Assembly (NCBI RefSeq): GCF_006345805.1
Contig: NC_043000.1
Location: 60,760,001 to 60,824,000, forward strand
Source of the DNA: Octopus sinensis
Taxonomy: Eukaryota
Length of the DNA stretch: 64,000 nt
Direction: 5' to 3'
Positions 37,712 to 51,520 of the stretch are shown piece by piece. Numbering within the stretch: the first letter of the stretch is position 1; each line of letters starts with the position of its first letter. The position numbers and the translations under genes are program-made. Under the pieces are notes generated by a model. It saw only the letters and a list, made by a program, of their open reading frames with translations. It was not told the DNA's origin and ran no database searches.

Positions 37712-40449
37712 CTGAAAATTAAGAACATTCAAATAAGTATATGTTTATGGAACAACATAAAGTATTATAACACAACACATCAATACTAATGTTAGTTTTT
37801 ATGTATAGTTATGCATAAAAACATTAACTGAAAGATCACTCAATACATGTAAGTAGCATTTCGTATTTTGTTTTGCATGGAAAAGGTTGAAAGTAACTTC
37901 AAAGTTCTGGTTGAGTTGCTTTTGTCAGACTATACACCCAGCCCTCAATAGGTGAGAAAAGAGTACAGGTACAACATCGATTTTCCAGGACCGTTGGTTC
38001 CGAACGCTTTCCATAATCACCATCATCGTCATTTAACGTCTGCTTTCCCTGGTGATATGGGTTAGACAGTTTGACTGGAGCTAGTAAGTGGAGAGCTGCA
38101 CCAAGTTCCAGTCTGATTTGGCATGGTTCCTAACGTCAACCATCCCAAGAGTGTAATGAATGCTTTTTATGTGCCACCGGCATAGGTTCCATTTACATGA
38201 CACTGGTAATGACCATGACTACGTTTCATGGTACCATTTATACAACACTGGCAGCAGTCACATAAATGGTACCCATGAAATCATAGTCATGGCTTTTATC
38301 AATGTTATGTAAATGGCACTCATGATTGATTTTTCTGAATCAGGGTCAATACACTCTAAATTAATCAAATATTAAATTTACTTAAATTAAATGAAATACA
38401 GGCACCTGTACATTAAGCGTAAATTAGTGTGGATTATAAGAAGTTCCTAACCATCAGTATCTGGGAAGTTGATGTATCTGTACTTGTTTGTCTGACATCT
38501 GTATTACTAAAAATTCACAGATGCAACAGAGTCAAATAGATTGTTTGGATAAAGCTGAATAGTGAAGCAGCTATAGGCTCTAAGTAAGGTTGATTAAGGC
38601 TGATTAAATGATGAGTGAAACTATTTTATTAACCAATACATGTCCTGTTGTGGAGTCAGTCATTTTGTGCTCGCTGAGTGTTATAGTGAGTACTTAGTCA
38701 CAATAGATTACTCCTATCTAGTGTGCTAGAGTTGACTCCCATACACAATCATATGGAATTACTCTAACACTTAATAACTGGTGAATTACCAGCTCCACCA
38801 CAAGACCTAAACTAGGTAATATGAACAAGTTTCACTCCTCACTCAATGACAGTTGATCTTATTCAAAAGCTGTGGGTACCTCATTACTCTGTATTATCAC
38901 ATCCAAATAGTCAGGTGCAATTTATGCATCTGTGAAAATTTTAGTAATGCATATTCTGAGATGAATACATCCATATGTAGATACATACATACATATCATT
39001 GGCACTTCCTCCATGTACACATGCCTAAGCTATAAAAATGAATGCAAATAACAAATCTGGTTTTAACATGTCTTTCATTTACATGATATAAATTGTGTTT
39101 ACTTTATGAATGTAAGACATCCGGTATCTACAATGGTGTTTATGGGGGTCTTATTTCTTTATTGCCCACAAAGGGCTAAACATAGAGGTGACAAACAAGG
39201 ATAGACAAAGAGATTAAGTCGATTACATTGACCTCAGTGCATAACTGGTACTTAATTTATCGACCCTGAAAGGATGAAAGGCAAATGTCCTCTGTGTGTG
39301 TGCATGTGTGTGTGTGTATGTGTGTGTGTGTATGTGTGTGTGTGTATGTGTGTGTGTATTGGTGGCTGGAGTGAGGGAAGGATAGACAGGTGGACAGATG
39401 GAAGAATATCTTTTCCCAATGTAATTATTGGCAAGAAAAAGAAAGTAAAATGAAAAACTGATGTTTTTTGAATGGAGTTCTTTGTGATGTTTGTTCTGCA
39501 CCAAGTTATACAGACACACTCCTTATCATTCTCATAGTCAGAAACTGAAACAGTTAATTGATCTGCCGGAAACCAACAACACTATTGCATACCAACTGCT
39601 GTTACTAAATAAACAAATAAACAAACAAACAAACAAACAAACAAGCAAATATGCACAGTTGTTATTGAGTAGCCTAGGTCAAGCAGACCTTATGGAATGG
39701 CTGCTGACCAGAGGCTGGTGGCTGTGCTAATATTGATGTATAATGGTAATGAATGATGGTATTAGCTTCCTTTTGTTATTCTTTATTTATTATATCTAGA
39801 TCAGATGAAGGAGTATGACTGTTGGCTGGTTAGTTAAAATAAAGAATAAATCTGATCCAGCTACTGCAGATATCCTTATCGTTTTATTATATCTACTGCC
39901 ATTACTCAAAGATGTCAGTGCTGTGTGTGTGTGTGTGTCAGTGAGTTTCAGTGTGTTTGCATTTGTGTCTATATATGCATAAATCTGTGAGTGCGTGTGT
40001 GTGTGTGTGAGTGCTTAACTTTGTGTCTCTGTGCATGTATATGTTTGCATTCGTATCTGAGTATGTTTGTGTATGTGTGTGTGTGTGTGTGCATGCACAT
40101 ATGTTTGTGTGTGCATAGGTATATGCATGTATATGTATATGAGTAATTAAGAAGTTCATTCTATAGCCACAAGCTCCTAGGTTCTTCATTTCTGCATATT
40201 TCAATTCTACATGATTCAGCTCTATATTCTTATTTGTGTCTATTCTGTTATTGGTTTTGGTGATTGGACTGTAGCCAAAGAAGGGAATTGCCTGTGAGGG
40301 TGCAGTCAATTGTATCGACCATAGTACCCATTTGAGTGGGAAACCTATTTTACAGTTCCCTGTGTAAGGAAAGGTGTGAATATCTTCTCTGGACCTGTTG
40401 GGGGTGCGAGAAGCAATCACTATCCGTTGCTTTTAAATCTAGATTCTAC

Positions 40450-40930
40450 CAGTCAAAGAAACACAAAACGCAGACGTAAAAAATAGATATACTTTATTGT
40501 TTTATACCGGTGAGAAATCAGTGGTATATCTGATGTCCTTGGTTCTGGGCGTGCAAGGCTGAAAGTTAATCGATTGTAATATTTACAATGTTCAGCCGCT
40601 AAAAACAGAACGGGTTAAAGATGGCCGCGGAATATGAAGACGATGTTGTCTGCAACAATTTGGTAAAAAACCTTCGGCCGACTGCTATCAAAGCTGGACA
40701 GAGAGAAATATACGTCTGCTGGTATCAAAGGCCTTCTGCTGTCTCTGATGGTCAAGGTTTTTGCGTTCTCTTGCCTCTTTTCTAAGGGTCGCTTTTCCTA
40801 GCCAATCAGCTAATTCCACGATAGCAATATTTCCTCTTGGTGATGAAAACACGCGCGAATCAGAAAAGGGCATTGTGCGCGCGCGCTGTTGTATAGCGTC
40901 ACTACACCTGTTTATCAAGGCACTAAGTTA
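40450..40930. promoter_or_regulatory. CpG-rich promoter/enhancer-like island
   Basis: More than 20 CpGs in about 470 bp against a CpG-poor background. YY1-like AAGATGGCCG (40618-40627), NF-Y-type TAGCCAATCAG (about 40799-40809), (GC)n and CGCGCG tracts; no recognisable repeat. Confidence 0.5.
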
Positions 40931-41074
40931 CAGAACATAAAAGAATACAACACACAGACAACACAAGACTTTTTTTAGACCAGTGTAAATATGAATATTG
41001 GTATATATATAAAAACATAGGCAAATATACATATATGCATGCATGCATGGCATAAATAAAAGTGGTAAAGGTAA

Positions 41075-41335
41075 AGATCCCTTTCGGTCATGCATGACCA
41101 TGAGATTGCACCTCAAAAGTTCCCCTCCAAGGCGCAAATCTGGGCAATGCTGTTTATGGAAGACCAGCAATTGCCTATGCATACCAGCCTCTCCTTCTCC
41201 CTGCCACTGATGTTATCTATGGGAAAGGAAAAGGCTGATACAGCGTAGCACCCATGATGTTGCAACTCATTTCTATAACTGAGTGAACTGGAGCAATGTG
41301 AAATAAAGTGTCTTGCCCAAGAACACAACACACAA
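41075..41335 (-). mobile_element. SINE (family also at about 13490-13625 and 31190-31355)
   Basis: Shared TTATGGAAGACCAGCA...GATGTTGCAACTCATTTCTA..GCTGAGTG block. Confidence 0.65.
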
Positions 41336-41354
41336 ATATACAAATACACAACAA

Positions 41355-41608
41355 AATATACATCGCTGGAAGTTGTTGTTGACAAACAACAGTAGTAATT
41401 TTATTCAGCTGAATACATGTCATTGATTGGATGAAATTACCGAAATACGTCAACTTTAACAAAAAATAACTTCCAAAATACAGAATTTTCTCAACAATGC
41501 CAAGAGTAAAAGATGTTTTATGTGACACATTCTACTAGTATACGAAGTTTGAAAGTGTTTAGTTACAAAAAATTATTTTTTAAATCTGTCGGTCAAAAGT
41601 TAAAGATC
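41355..41608 (-). mobile_element. Partial copy of the GATC-bounded element
   Basis: Reverse complement of 20150-20400; terminates ...GGTCAAAAGTTAAAGATC. Confidence 0.75.
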
Positions 41609-42161
41609 CCTTTGCTTCTAAATATTTAGGTTGATTGATGAACTGCCTCAACACTAAATTACATAAATTCTAGTGTAAGTGACTGAAACAAGTACATCTA
41701 CGAATACTGCTGAGACATACAACAGAACAACTGTAATATATTTTAGCTTAATACTTATAAATGTTTATTTCTTTTTTACAACCAGAAAAAAAAGGAACAG
41801 CAAACAATGCTGCTGGAGCAGCCATGTCGGCCCCTGAGCAAATCAGTGCACTAGACCCTACAGTATTTATTTATTGACAATAAGCCACACCATACATGGG
41901 TCTGAATTGGGGCCCTGATCTGTGGGGCTCTTGAGCAACTACCTAGTGTACCCATGGCAAGACAGTCCTGACAACAAGTGCTATGATCCTTTACAAGGTC
42001 TCTGAGACTAATATGAGAAAGAAGTCCTGGTCCTGTTGTTTTCTATAGAGTGTGTACCATTTGACAGAGTAATCTGAATGCTAAAGGGTTAAGTTCATTC
42101 TCTATGGAGGGGAAGATACCCAACAGGTATGTACTAATGTTAAAGTGGGTAGATGGATTAA

Positions 42162-42382
42162 CCCTTTAGTATTCAAACTGGCCATACCAAGCCCATATAT
42201 TCTACTAGTAATATGTTCAAACTGGTCAGTGTCAAGCCTGTCACACCTACTCTACAATGTCATTCTGAAAATAAGCAATCATGTTATCGAAACCTTGAAG
42301 CTACAAGATAATGTATCATAAATTCAAGACAGTGTGAATAGATAAGCAATACATTTGACAGAGTAATCTGAATGCTAAAGGG
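42162..42382. mobile_element. piggyBac-type MITE
   Basis: TTAA TSD; 14-bp TIR CCCTTTAG(T/C)ATTCA. Confidence 0.85.
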
Positions 42383-44726
42383 TTAAGTTCATTCTCTATA
42401 GAGGGGAATGGTCATTCTGACAAACTTCCACACAATGTTCTACCTTCTTTTATCTTGTTTTACTCATTTGACTGTGGTCAAGCTGGGGCACCACTTTGAA
42501 GGGTTTTTAGTTGAAGAAATCAACCCCAGGACTTACTTTTTTAAAGCCTAGTACTTATTCTACTGGTCTCTTTTCGAGCTGTTATGGGGATGTAAACACA
42601 CCAACACCGGTTGTAAAGTGGCAGTGGGGGACAAGCACAAACATAAAGACACATAAATATGATGGGCTTCTTTCAGTTTCTGTCTAACAAATCCATTCAC
42701 AAGGCTTTGGTTGGCCTGAGACTATAGTAGAAGATACTTGCCCAAGGTGCCACATAGTGGGACTGAAACTGGAACTATGTGATTGAGAAGCAAGCTTCTT
42801 ACCACGCAGCCCCATATTTTACTCACAAGGCTTTGGTTGACCTGGGAATATATTGGAAGTTGCCTATCCAAGGTGCTAGGCAGCAGGATTGGACATGAAT
42901 CTGTGTAGTTGTGAAGTAAACTTCTTAACCACACAGCTATGCTGGGCATTTTTATTCTATGTGGATGTGTGGGTGTATATTTACTTTGCAATGGAAATGA
43001 TAAATAGTGTGAGAACATTAAGCATCTACTTAATTAAGCATTCCAGTGGAATGTAGTAAAAAATTTTTGTTTGACATTTAGCTGGCTACGCTGTAAAATT
43101 GCCTTCATTAATGTATTAACACTCTTCATTATCAACATCATCACCTATACTGACCAATACCTCTAACACAGCATCCTTACTAAAATCAGCATTCCCACCA
43201 GTATATCATCATCAGCAGCAGTGCTGCCGCTGCTTCCAGTACCAGCACTTCCACCACTTCAGCTACAACTAACATCACCAGAGCAGCAATATTTCTCTCC
43301 ACACAATCATAAAATAAGAGTGATGTAGAAATTGCTTCTTATTTTAGATTTGACCATTCCTGATTTTTTTTTTCCCCCTTTGGGAGTTATAGGAATATTT
43401 TATGTAAACCAGCAACAATCACTATAGAAATTGAAGAATGATATTCAACCAGAAATTAAAACTTTATGGCCATATCATCATAATTGTTTAACGTCTGTTT
43501 TCTGTGCTAGCACAGGTTGGATGGTTCAACAGGGGTCTGGGAAGCCAGGAGGCTGCACCAGGCTCCAGTCTGATCTGGCCGTGTTTCTACAGCTGGATGC
43601 CCTTCCTAATGCCAACCAATCCATGAGTGTAGTGGGTGCTTTTTACGTGCCACTGGCACAGAAGCCAGTCAAGGCGGCGATGGCAGCAGCCACATTCGGA
43701 TGATGCTTTTTACGTGCCACCGGCACAGGTATCACAACTACAATTTCCATTTGATATTTATTTTGATGTCGATGTACTTGACTCAATAAGTCTCCCCAAG
43801 CACAGGGTGTTTCAAATTTAGGCGCAAAACCAGCAAGTTGGGGGAAGGGGTTAAGTTGATTACTTCAACTTCAGTGATCAACTGGTACTTATTTTATCGT
43901 CCCTGAAAGGATGAAAGGCAAAGTTGATCATAGCAGAATATGAATTCAGAACATAAAGATGGATGAAATACTGCTAAGCATTTTGCCTAGCATGCTAGGG
44001 TCAGATATATTACAAGCTGTCATAGAAGACTGTCTAAGAAGGGTTGGACTCTGCAATGTTTGGAAATGGAAAGCATTTGGAAGATGTTTTATTCCACTTT
44101 TCAGCAAACTCACCTAAGACTGCATCAGGTTTTATGATACAAGCTTTCTAGTTTAAAATGATCTCAAATAATACTTTCCATCAAAATTTCATATTAGATT
44201 ATATTCAAAACACTAGCTTAATAAGGATTTCAAATTGTGGCACAAGGCCAGAGAGGGTAAGCTGATTACAGCAGCCCCAGTCCTCAACTGGCACTTAATG
44301 CTGAAAGGATGAAAGGCAAAGTTGGCCTTGGCAGAATTTGAACTCAGAACGTAAAGGCAGACAAAATACCATCGAGCATTTTGTCTGGTGTGCTAATGAT
44401 TCTGTTGGCTTGCTGCCTTATACAAGCTTAATAATCTTTTCTACAATAGACACGAGTCCTGGATTTTAGTGGGAGGAGGACAGTCGATTACGTCACCCTC
44501 AGTCCACAACCCGTACTTATTTTCTTGAGCCTGAAAGGATTCTAGACAAAGCTAACCTTGGTGGAATTTGAGCTCACAATGTAAAGACAAATGAAATGCT
44601 GATGAGCATTTTGCCTGGCTTGATAACAATTCTGTCAGCTCGCATAATAATCACAGTTATTTAACTAAATTCTTCATTAGTTTAAAATTGAGCTGAAATG
44701 AAGACGGTGCATACCATAAGAAATAT

Positions 44727-45571
44727 GCTAATCCTGATGTCTACAACTCTTTCCTGCAATCAGACCTAGACACAATGCAGCAATGGATCACAGACTGGCA
44801 GCTGAAACTGGCTGTGGACAAGTGTACCACCATGCATTTTGGGAGAAAAAACCCTGCGTCCACATACTCCCTCCACAACACTGATATCAAGAAATCCTCT
44901 TGCGAGCATGACCTAGGCATCACTGTCAGCAGTGATTTGCGTTGGACAAAGCATATCTCTAAAATTGTCAAGAAGGCCGAGGGTGTCTTGGCATCACTCA
45001 GCAAGACTTTTGTTAGCCGCTCTCCAGCCATCTATTTAAAACTGTATACAGCTATGGTACGACCACACTTGGAATTCGCATGATCAGTTTGGAATCCCTA
45101 TCTTGCTCAGAACATTGACCTCCTGGAATCTGTCCAGAGACGGGCAACCAAACGCATACCCTCCATCAGACACCTACCATATTCTGAGCGCCTTGTTTCC
45201 CTGGGCATGGATTCACTGAAGCTCCGGCGTCTGGCGACGGACTTGGTAAACGCCCACAAAGTTATCAACCACCTCACCAACAACAACACTGAACACCTTT
45301 TTGATCTCCATGTGTCTAACACACGTGGACATGCCTACAAAGTCAGAAAACAACACAGCTCCCATGACTTTCGGAAACATTTTTTCACGCTCAGAGTTGC
45401 TGAAGCATGGAATAAACTGCCTGCGTCAGTTGTTGACTGCCATGACACTGCATCCTTTAAGGCCCTCATGCTTTCCGAAATCCGCCGAAACTACACCTGA
45501 TTATACATAGACTTTAGATGAGTTGTAGTGCACCTGAGCACTGTACACAATTATTATTATTATTATTATTA
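44727..45571 (+). mobile_element. CR1-clade LINE 3' end (RT C-terminus, 3' UTR, (ATT)n tail)
   Basis: LQSDLDTMQQW..WQLKLAVDKC...DLGITVSSDLRW..HI...LYTAMVRPHLEFA*SVWNPY...LESVQRRATK...RVAEAWNKLP; one stop; ATT tail. Confidence 0.95.
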
Positions 45572-47054
45572 TAAAAGGGTTAATGTGAATAAAAAGCAAA
45601 AGTAACATTAGTGGGATTTGAACTTAGAAGGTAAACAGCTAGAATATATATATATATATACCACAGCCATTTTTGTTCAACACTGTAATGACTGACAATC
45701 CCTAGCTCCTCCATTTCCACTAACCGAAATACCCACCACCACTACCACTATTACTACAACTATCACTTCTGCTGTAGCTGTTAACACCATTTTCACCACT
45801 AAAATACCCAACTTTATCTTACAGCTATTACAATGCTGGCAAGACACCGACCATTATCTCTCTCTCTCTCTCTCTCTTATACTGCTCTCTATCGCATACT
45901 CTTTGTCTTTCTTTCTTTCTCTCTCATACTGTCTGTCTATCTGTCTGTCTCTCCTTATATATTTCACTCCCTCTCCACCCTCACCCCGACCGTTTTTGTA
46001 TTAGCTCATTATACTGTTAATTTCAGTTCTTTGAAACTGACTATAAAAGCCAGACTTATGTCAATTTATGGAAAAATGTACTTAAAAAACATTAAGGATG
46101 TCTGTGGTACAAGTGATGATGGAACTGGTGGTCATGATGATGATGATGTTAGGGAGTGTGGAAGGGCAGTGATAAAGATGACTGTAGGAATGACTGTAGA
46201 GATGATAATATATGAGAAATGATAATGAGGACGATGCTGATGATGATGATGATGTGTGGAGGAGGATATGTCAGTAACAGAAAATGATGATGGGAGTAAG
46301 GATGTTGATGATGATAATGATGAAGAAGATTTGATGATGATTGTTTAACCATCCTCTAATCAAGAAAATACAGGAATATTCAATGTTACTATGGAACATC
46401 ATGAGAACAAAATAATTTATTGCTGTAAAAAGAAATTAAAAAATTTTAGAAGTGATCAAGAGATGGTGTTGTCCATAACAATGACAGTGATGATGATGAT
46501 GATGGTAGAATAAAGAGGCCAAAATGATAGAGAAATGAATTAAATGGCTTTATACTATTTAGTTTCTCATCCTGTCAGGGGTGGTTTTGCTTTTCATTTC
46601 ACTAGGATTGAAAGAATAAATATACATAGTCAAGCCCTGGAGACAAGTCAACTGATTACATCTCTTCAGAAAAATTTGTGGCTTAAAAGTGGACAAAAAA
46701 TCTAGCAGTATCTGTTGTATCATTTTTACGTTCTGAGTTCAAATCCCACCAAGGTCAACTTTTCCTTTCACTCCTCGGGGGGGGGGGGTGTCAATAACTT
46801 AAAATACCAGTCAAGTACTAGGTGTGATTTGATCAACTGTTTCCTTCACCTGTAATCGACTAGCCCTCTCCCACAAAATTTCGGGCTTTCTGCCTATAGA
46901 AGAAAGGATTATTATAGTTAAAATAATAATAATAATTATTATTATTATTCAAGATGACCAGCTGGCAGAATCGTTAGTTCAAATTCCACCAAGGTTAATT
47001 TTATCTTTCATCCTTTAGGGGTCAATAAAATAAGCATCAGTGCACTACTACTAC

Positions 47055-47056
47055 TG

Positions 47057-47087
<31 letters not shown>

Positions 47088-47222
47088 CTATTATTATTAT
47101 TATTATTATTCCTATTATTATTATTATTATTATTATTATTGTTATTATTATTATTATTCCTATTATTATTATTATTATTATTGTTATTATTATTATTATT
47201 ATTAGTAGTAGTAGTAGTAGGG
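47055..47222. repeat. (TTA)n microsatellite with periodic CC/G interruptions
   Basis: Read directly from the sequence. Confidence 0.9.
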
Positions 47223-48132
47223 CACTGGATTGGCAGAATCAGAGTATCAGAAAAGATACCTTATAGTATTTGTTGAGGTTGTTTGAATTCTGGTTTCAAT
47301 TTTACCTTTCATTCTTCCAACAACAACAAGATAAAGTTCTAGTCAAGTAATAGTGTCAGTAGTCAGCAATACTTTTCCACATATTTGTGACCCTAGAGTA
47401 GGTAACCTAGTTAGTGGAGGCAAACGCTCTGAAAACATTGTAGTGCAATGGTGCATTGAAACAAAACATTGAGTGCTGAGTGCAAAGGAGGTGTGAAAGC
47501 TTAAAAGAAATGAAGCAGCCATGTCCCACCACCACCCTGAACCTTGTGTGTGTAATACTTGCAAATGAATGAATAATGGAGCACAGATAAGTTGACAAAA
47601 ATCAGATGTATGATGTAAGAGAGAAGACTGGTATGGACATGTAATGGTATGAATATGTAATGCAGAGCATTAAAGTTGACAGTTGGGTAAAGAATTATTG
47701 AGTAATCCATATGGAAGAATCATGCAAGAGAAGAAAACCACGAATGATAAGGGAAGAAATGGTGAAAAACTGATCTGAAGAGGTTGAACTTCATAAAGGA
47801 TACAGTAATGGACTGTAGTAAACGTCGTCGTCATCGTTTAACATCCGTTTTCCATGCTAGCATGAGATCTGGGAAGCCAGGAGGCTGCATCAGGCTCCAG
47901 TCTGATCTGGCAGTGTTTCTATAGCTGGATGCTCTTCCTAATGCCAACCACTCTGTGAGTGTAGTGGGTGCTTTTTATGTGCCACGGGAGGCTGGCAATG
48001 GCCACGATCAGTTGGTGCTTTTTACGTGCCACCAGCACCGAAGCCAGTCAAGGTGGTGCTGGCATCAGCCATATTCGGATGGTGCTTTTTACATGCCACT
48101 GGCATGGGTATCACAACTACAATTTCCATTTG

Positions 48133-48163
<31 letters not shown>

Positions 48164-49797
48164 GAACACACACACAAACTAGAGAATACCTGTCCAACCC
48201 ATGCTTGCATAGTAAAGTGAATGTATGATGATAATGGCAGTGATGATGATGATAATAATGACAATGATGATGGAGAGGACAACATTCAAACATTGGAAAA
48301 AATTCCTGGTGGTATTCGGTACATATTCGGTTACATGAGGAAGGGCATCCAGCTGTAGAAACACTGCCAGATCAGACTGGAGCCTGGTGCAGCCTCCTGG
48401 CTTCCCAGACCCCAGTTGAACCGTCGAACCCATGCTAGCATGGAAAATAGATGTTAAACGATGATGATGATCATCATCATGATAATGATGATCTGTTTAG
48501 GTTTTGAATTCAAATACTGCTGAAGTAAACTTTAACCTTCCAGCATGTGTGGCCTTGAGCTTACACATAACTTGCAAAACATTGTAAACATATTTATAAT
48601 CATCATCATAATCATATAATTATCATCATACGTAACTACAACTATATCAAGTCATAAAAGTGATGTTAGAACATGCACAACTTGTTTCCTTTGATCTTAA
48701 ATCTTGATTGATATGCATTAATCAGAGTTTTATTAAAGAAGAAGGGACAGAAAAATGCTTCTTTGTCCATTTCCTCCTTCTGTAATAGGGTGTTTATCTG
48801 GTAAGATTTGTACTTTTGTATAACTACGGTATCTATGAATATCCGATATCACCACTAAAAATAAAATCTATTTGCCTGAAATATCCCTCATAGTTCAGTA
48901 GCAATTTGATATGCCAAGATGGAGGTGCAGAAAAATCAGCCATAAATGATATTCCTCAAGAGAAATGTAACTAAAAGAAAAACCTCTATCAATACATGAA
49001 AAATTCATTCAGTATCTCAGGTCAGTTATTTCATTAGATAATTCTATATTTGTTCATTTATTTCTGTTTATTTTTTTCTGCTGTTTTCCACAGATTTTTA
49101 TGTAATTTATCTACTTAGGCATATGTTTTATTTATGATCAGGCTATGGCTGTACAAGAACTTTTTCGAAATGCTATCATTGCTATAGTAACTGTTATTTT
49201 CGTCGATGCTAACCTCACAAGGGTTAGCATCAATGTAAAATGCATTACAGTCAATCTCAACTATTGCATAAGGAAAATCATGAATGAAAAACATATCCGA
49301 ATAGTTAAGCTATCTTACAGCCTTCATCATCATCAACACTTAATGTTTGTTTTCCCTGCTGGCATGGGTTAGACAACTTAATAAGAACTGGCAAGGCCAA
49401 GGGCCGCACCAGGTTTCATAGTCTGTTTTGGGTTGGATTCTATAGCTGGATGCTCTTCCTATTCTGTCATTTGTTATATATATGACATCAGGTAGCCATA
49501 GGCAGTGAATGTGCTTCATCGGTTAACTACTAGATACAGACACAATGGTTAGATAATTTATGTGTGTGTGTATCTTTTACTCATTTCAGTCATTTGATTG
49601 TGGTCATACTGGAGCACCAACTTGAAAGGGCTTAGTCAATCAAATTCACCTCAGGACTCATTTTTTATTATGCCTAGTACTTATTCTATCAATGCCTTTT
49701 TGCTGAACCACTACATTATGGGTATGTAAACACACCAACACTGGTTCCCAAGTGCTGGTAGGGGACAAACACAGGGACAAAGATACACACACATAGA

Positions 49798-49844
<47 letters not shown>

Positions 49845-50199
49845 TTCATTTAAAGCAGCAGAAAATTCAACAAAACCTGTTACTCTGAGTTTCCCGTTGC
49901 CGTTCATCGGACAGTTTTTGCTAGATATATATATATATATGACAGGCTTCTTTCAGTTTATCTGTGCCAAACTCACTCACTAAACTTTGGTCAGACCAAG
50001 GCCATCATAAAAGACACCCAAGGTTCCACACAGCAGGACTGAACCTGGAACCATGTAGCTAGGATGCAAACTTCTTATCACATAGTCATGCCTGCACTTA
50101 TATATGCATATCTATGTGTGTGTGTGTATATTATATAATTATACATATAAATTTATATAAATATACATATAAATATATATATACATATATATAAATAAG

Positions 50200-51520
50200 T
50201 AACAAAAATGTACAGAGATGCAGGAAAAGTAGGAAACTGTGATAACTGATGCGGACTTTATGGAGTTAACAGCAAAGATATCACCCACATCATAAGCAAT
50301 TGTCCAAAAATGTCATCACTGTATTATTTACTGATGAGACATGATGTTGTAGCTAGGATACTATATAATGAGATCTGTCTGAAGGATAACCCTGAGGACA
50401 AAGAAATAAGTATGGAAGAAGCCATTATAAATAGGAATACTAGTGGAATGTCCCAGTGAGAACCTCAATAAAATATAAGCTCAATAGGCCTGATATAATG
50501 ATTTAGGACAGAGAAAAGAAATTGTATACAATTGTAGAAATCAGATGCCCAGCAGTTGTTAACATAAAGCTGAAGATCAGTGAAGAAGAGAATACCTATG
50601 CTGAACTATTGAGAAATCTGCAGTTACTCTATCCTTTTGAACGGCACTTTTCAACACAATTTCTAGTTAACTAAACACTTCGTACACTGGTAGAATGTGT
50701 TTATAAAACATCATTTTTTCTTAGCTTTATTGAGAAAATTCTGTAGGTTGTAAGATATTTCGTCTTTAATTTTGAGCATTTCGGCAATTTTAACCAATCG
50801 CTGGAGTCCATTTAAGGTAAATAACATTCTGTGCATAATGAATATGTCCCTCCTTTAAGAAACAGATTGGGTTTATTTACATTTGTGAAGAAAAAAGATA
50901 CCCTTCCCCCACCCCTAACTTTCACCCTAAATCTAAAATAGATTGAAATGCAATAGATCGATACTAGGGCCATTATTATGGGTGACAGTTTCATACGACA
51001 CCGCTACGGAAAATGGGATTTTTTTCTAGCAGTGTCAAATGAAAATATCACCCATAATTATGGCCCTAGTATCGATCTATTGCATTTCAATCTATTTTAG
51101 ATTTAGGGTTAGGGGTTGGGGAAGGGTATCTTTTTTTCTTCACAAATGTAAATAAACCCAATCTGTTTCTTAAAGGAGGGATATATTCATACAGCACGGA
51201 ATGTTGTTTACCTAAATGAACTCCAGCGATTGGTTAAAATTGCCGAAATGCTCAAAATTAAAGACAAAATATCTTACAACTTATAGAATTTTCTCAATAA
51301 AGCCAAGAAAAAATGATGTTTTATAAACACATTCTACCAGTATACGAAGTTTAAAAGTGTTTAGTTAACTAGAAATTATGTTACAAAGTGCCGTTCAAAA
51401 GGAAAAGATCCCAAGTTCAGGTTTATACTTGTAATTATTGGTGCACTGGAATATGTAACACACTACCCAAATACCAGTCTTGAGAAATTAGGCTTCTCAA
51501 AACCATAAAAGAGAAAGCTG
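50200..51520 (+). mobile_element. R4/Dong-like fragment (CCHC + REL endonuclease) split by the palindromic insertion
   Basis: (C)GLYGVNSKDITHIISNCPKM...RHDVVARILY, NRPDIMI*DREKKLYTIVEIRCP...ENTYAELLRNLQLLYP, then after 51409 PKFRFILVIIGALEYV. Confidence 0.85.
50633..51402. repeat. 770-bp near-perfect palindrome (two opposed GATC-family element copies)
   Basis: Arms of about 375 bp, roughly 90-95% identical by eye, with a spacer of only about 10-20 bp near 51015. Confidence 0.95.

Noticed and set aside
49205-49231. Perfect 10-bp hairpin GATGCTAACC/GGTTAGCATC
   Set aside because: Isolated, with no supporting termini or motifs; not distinguishable from chance or a repeat remnant.
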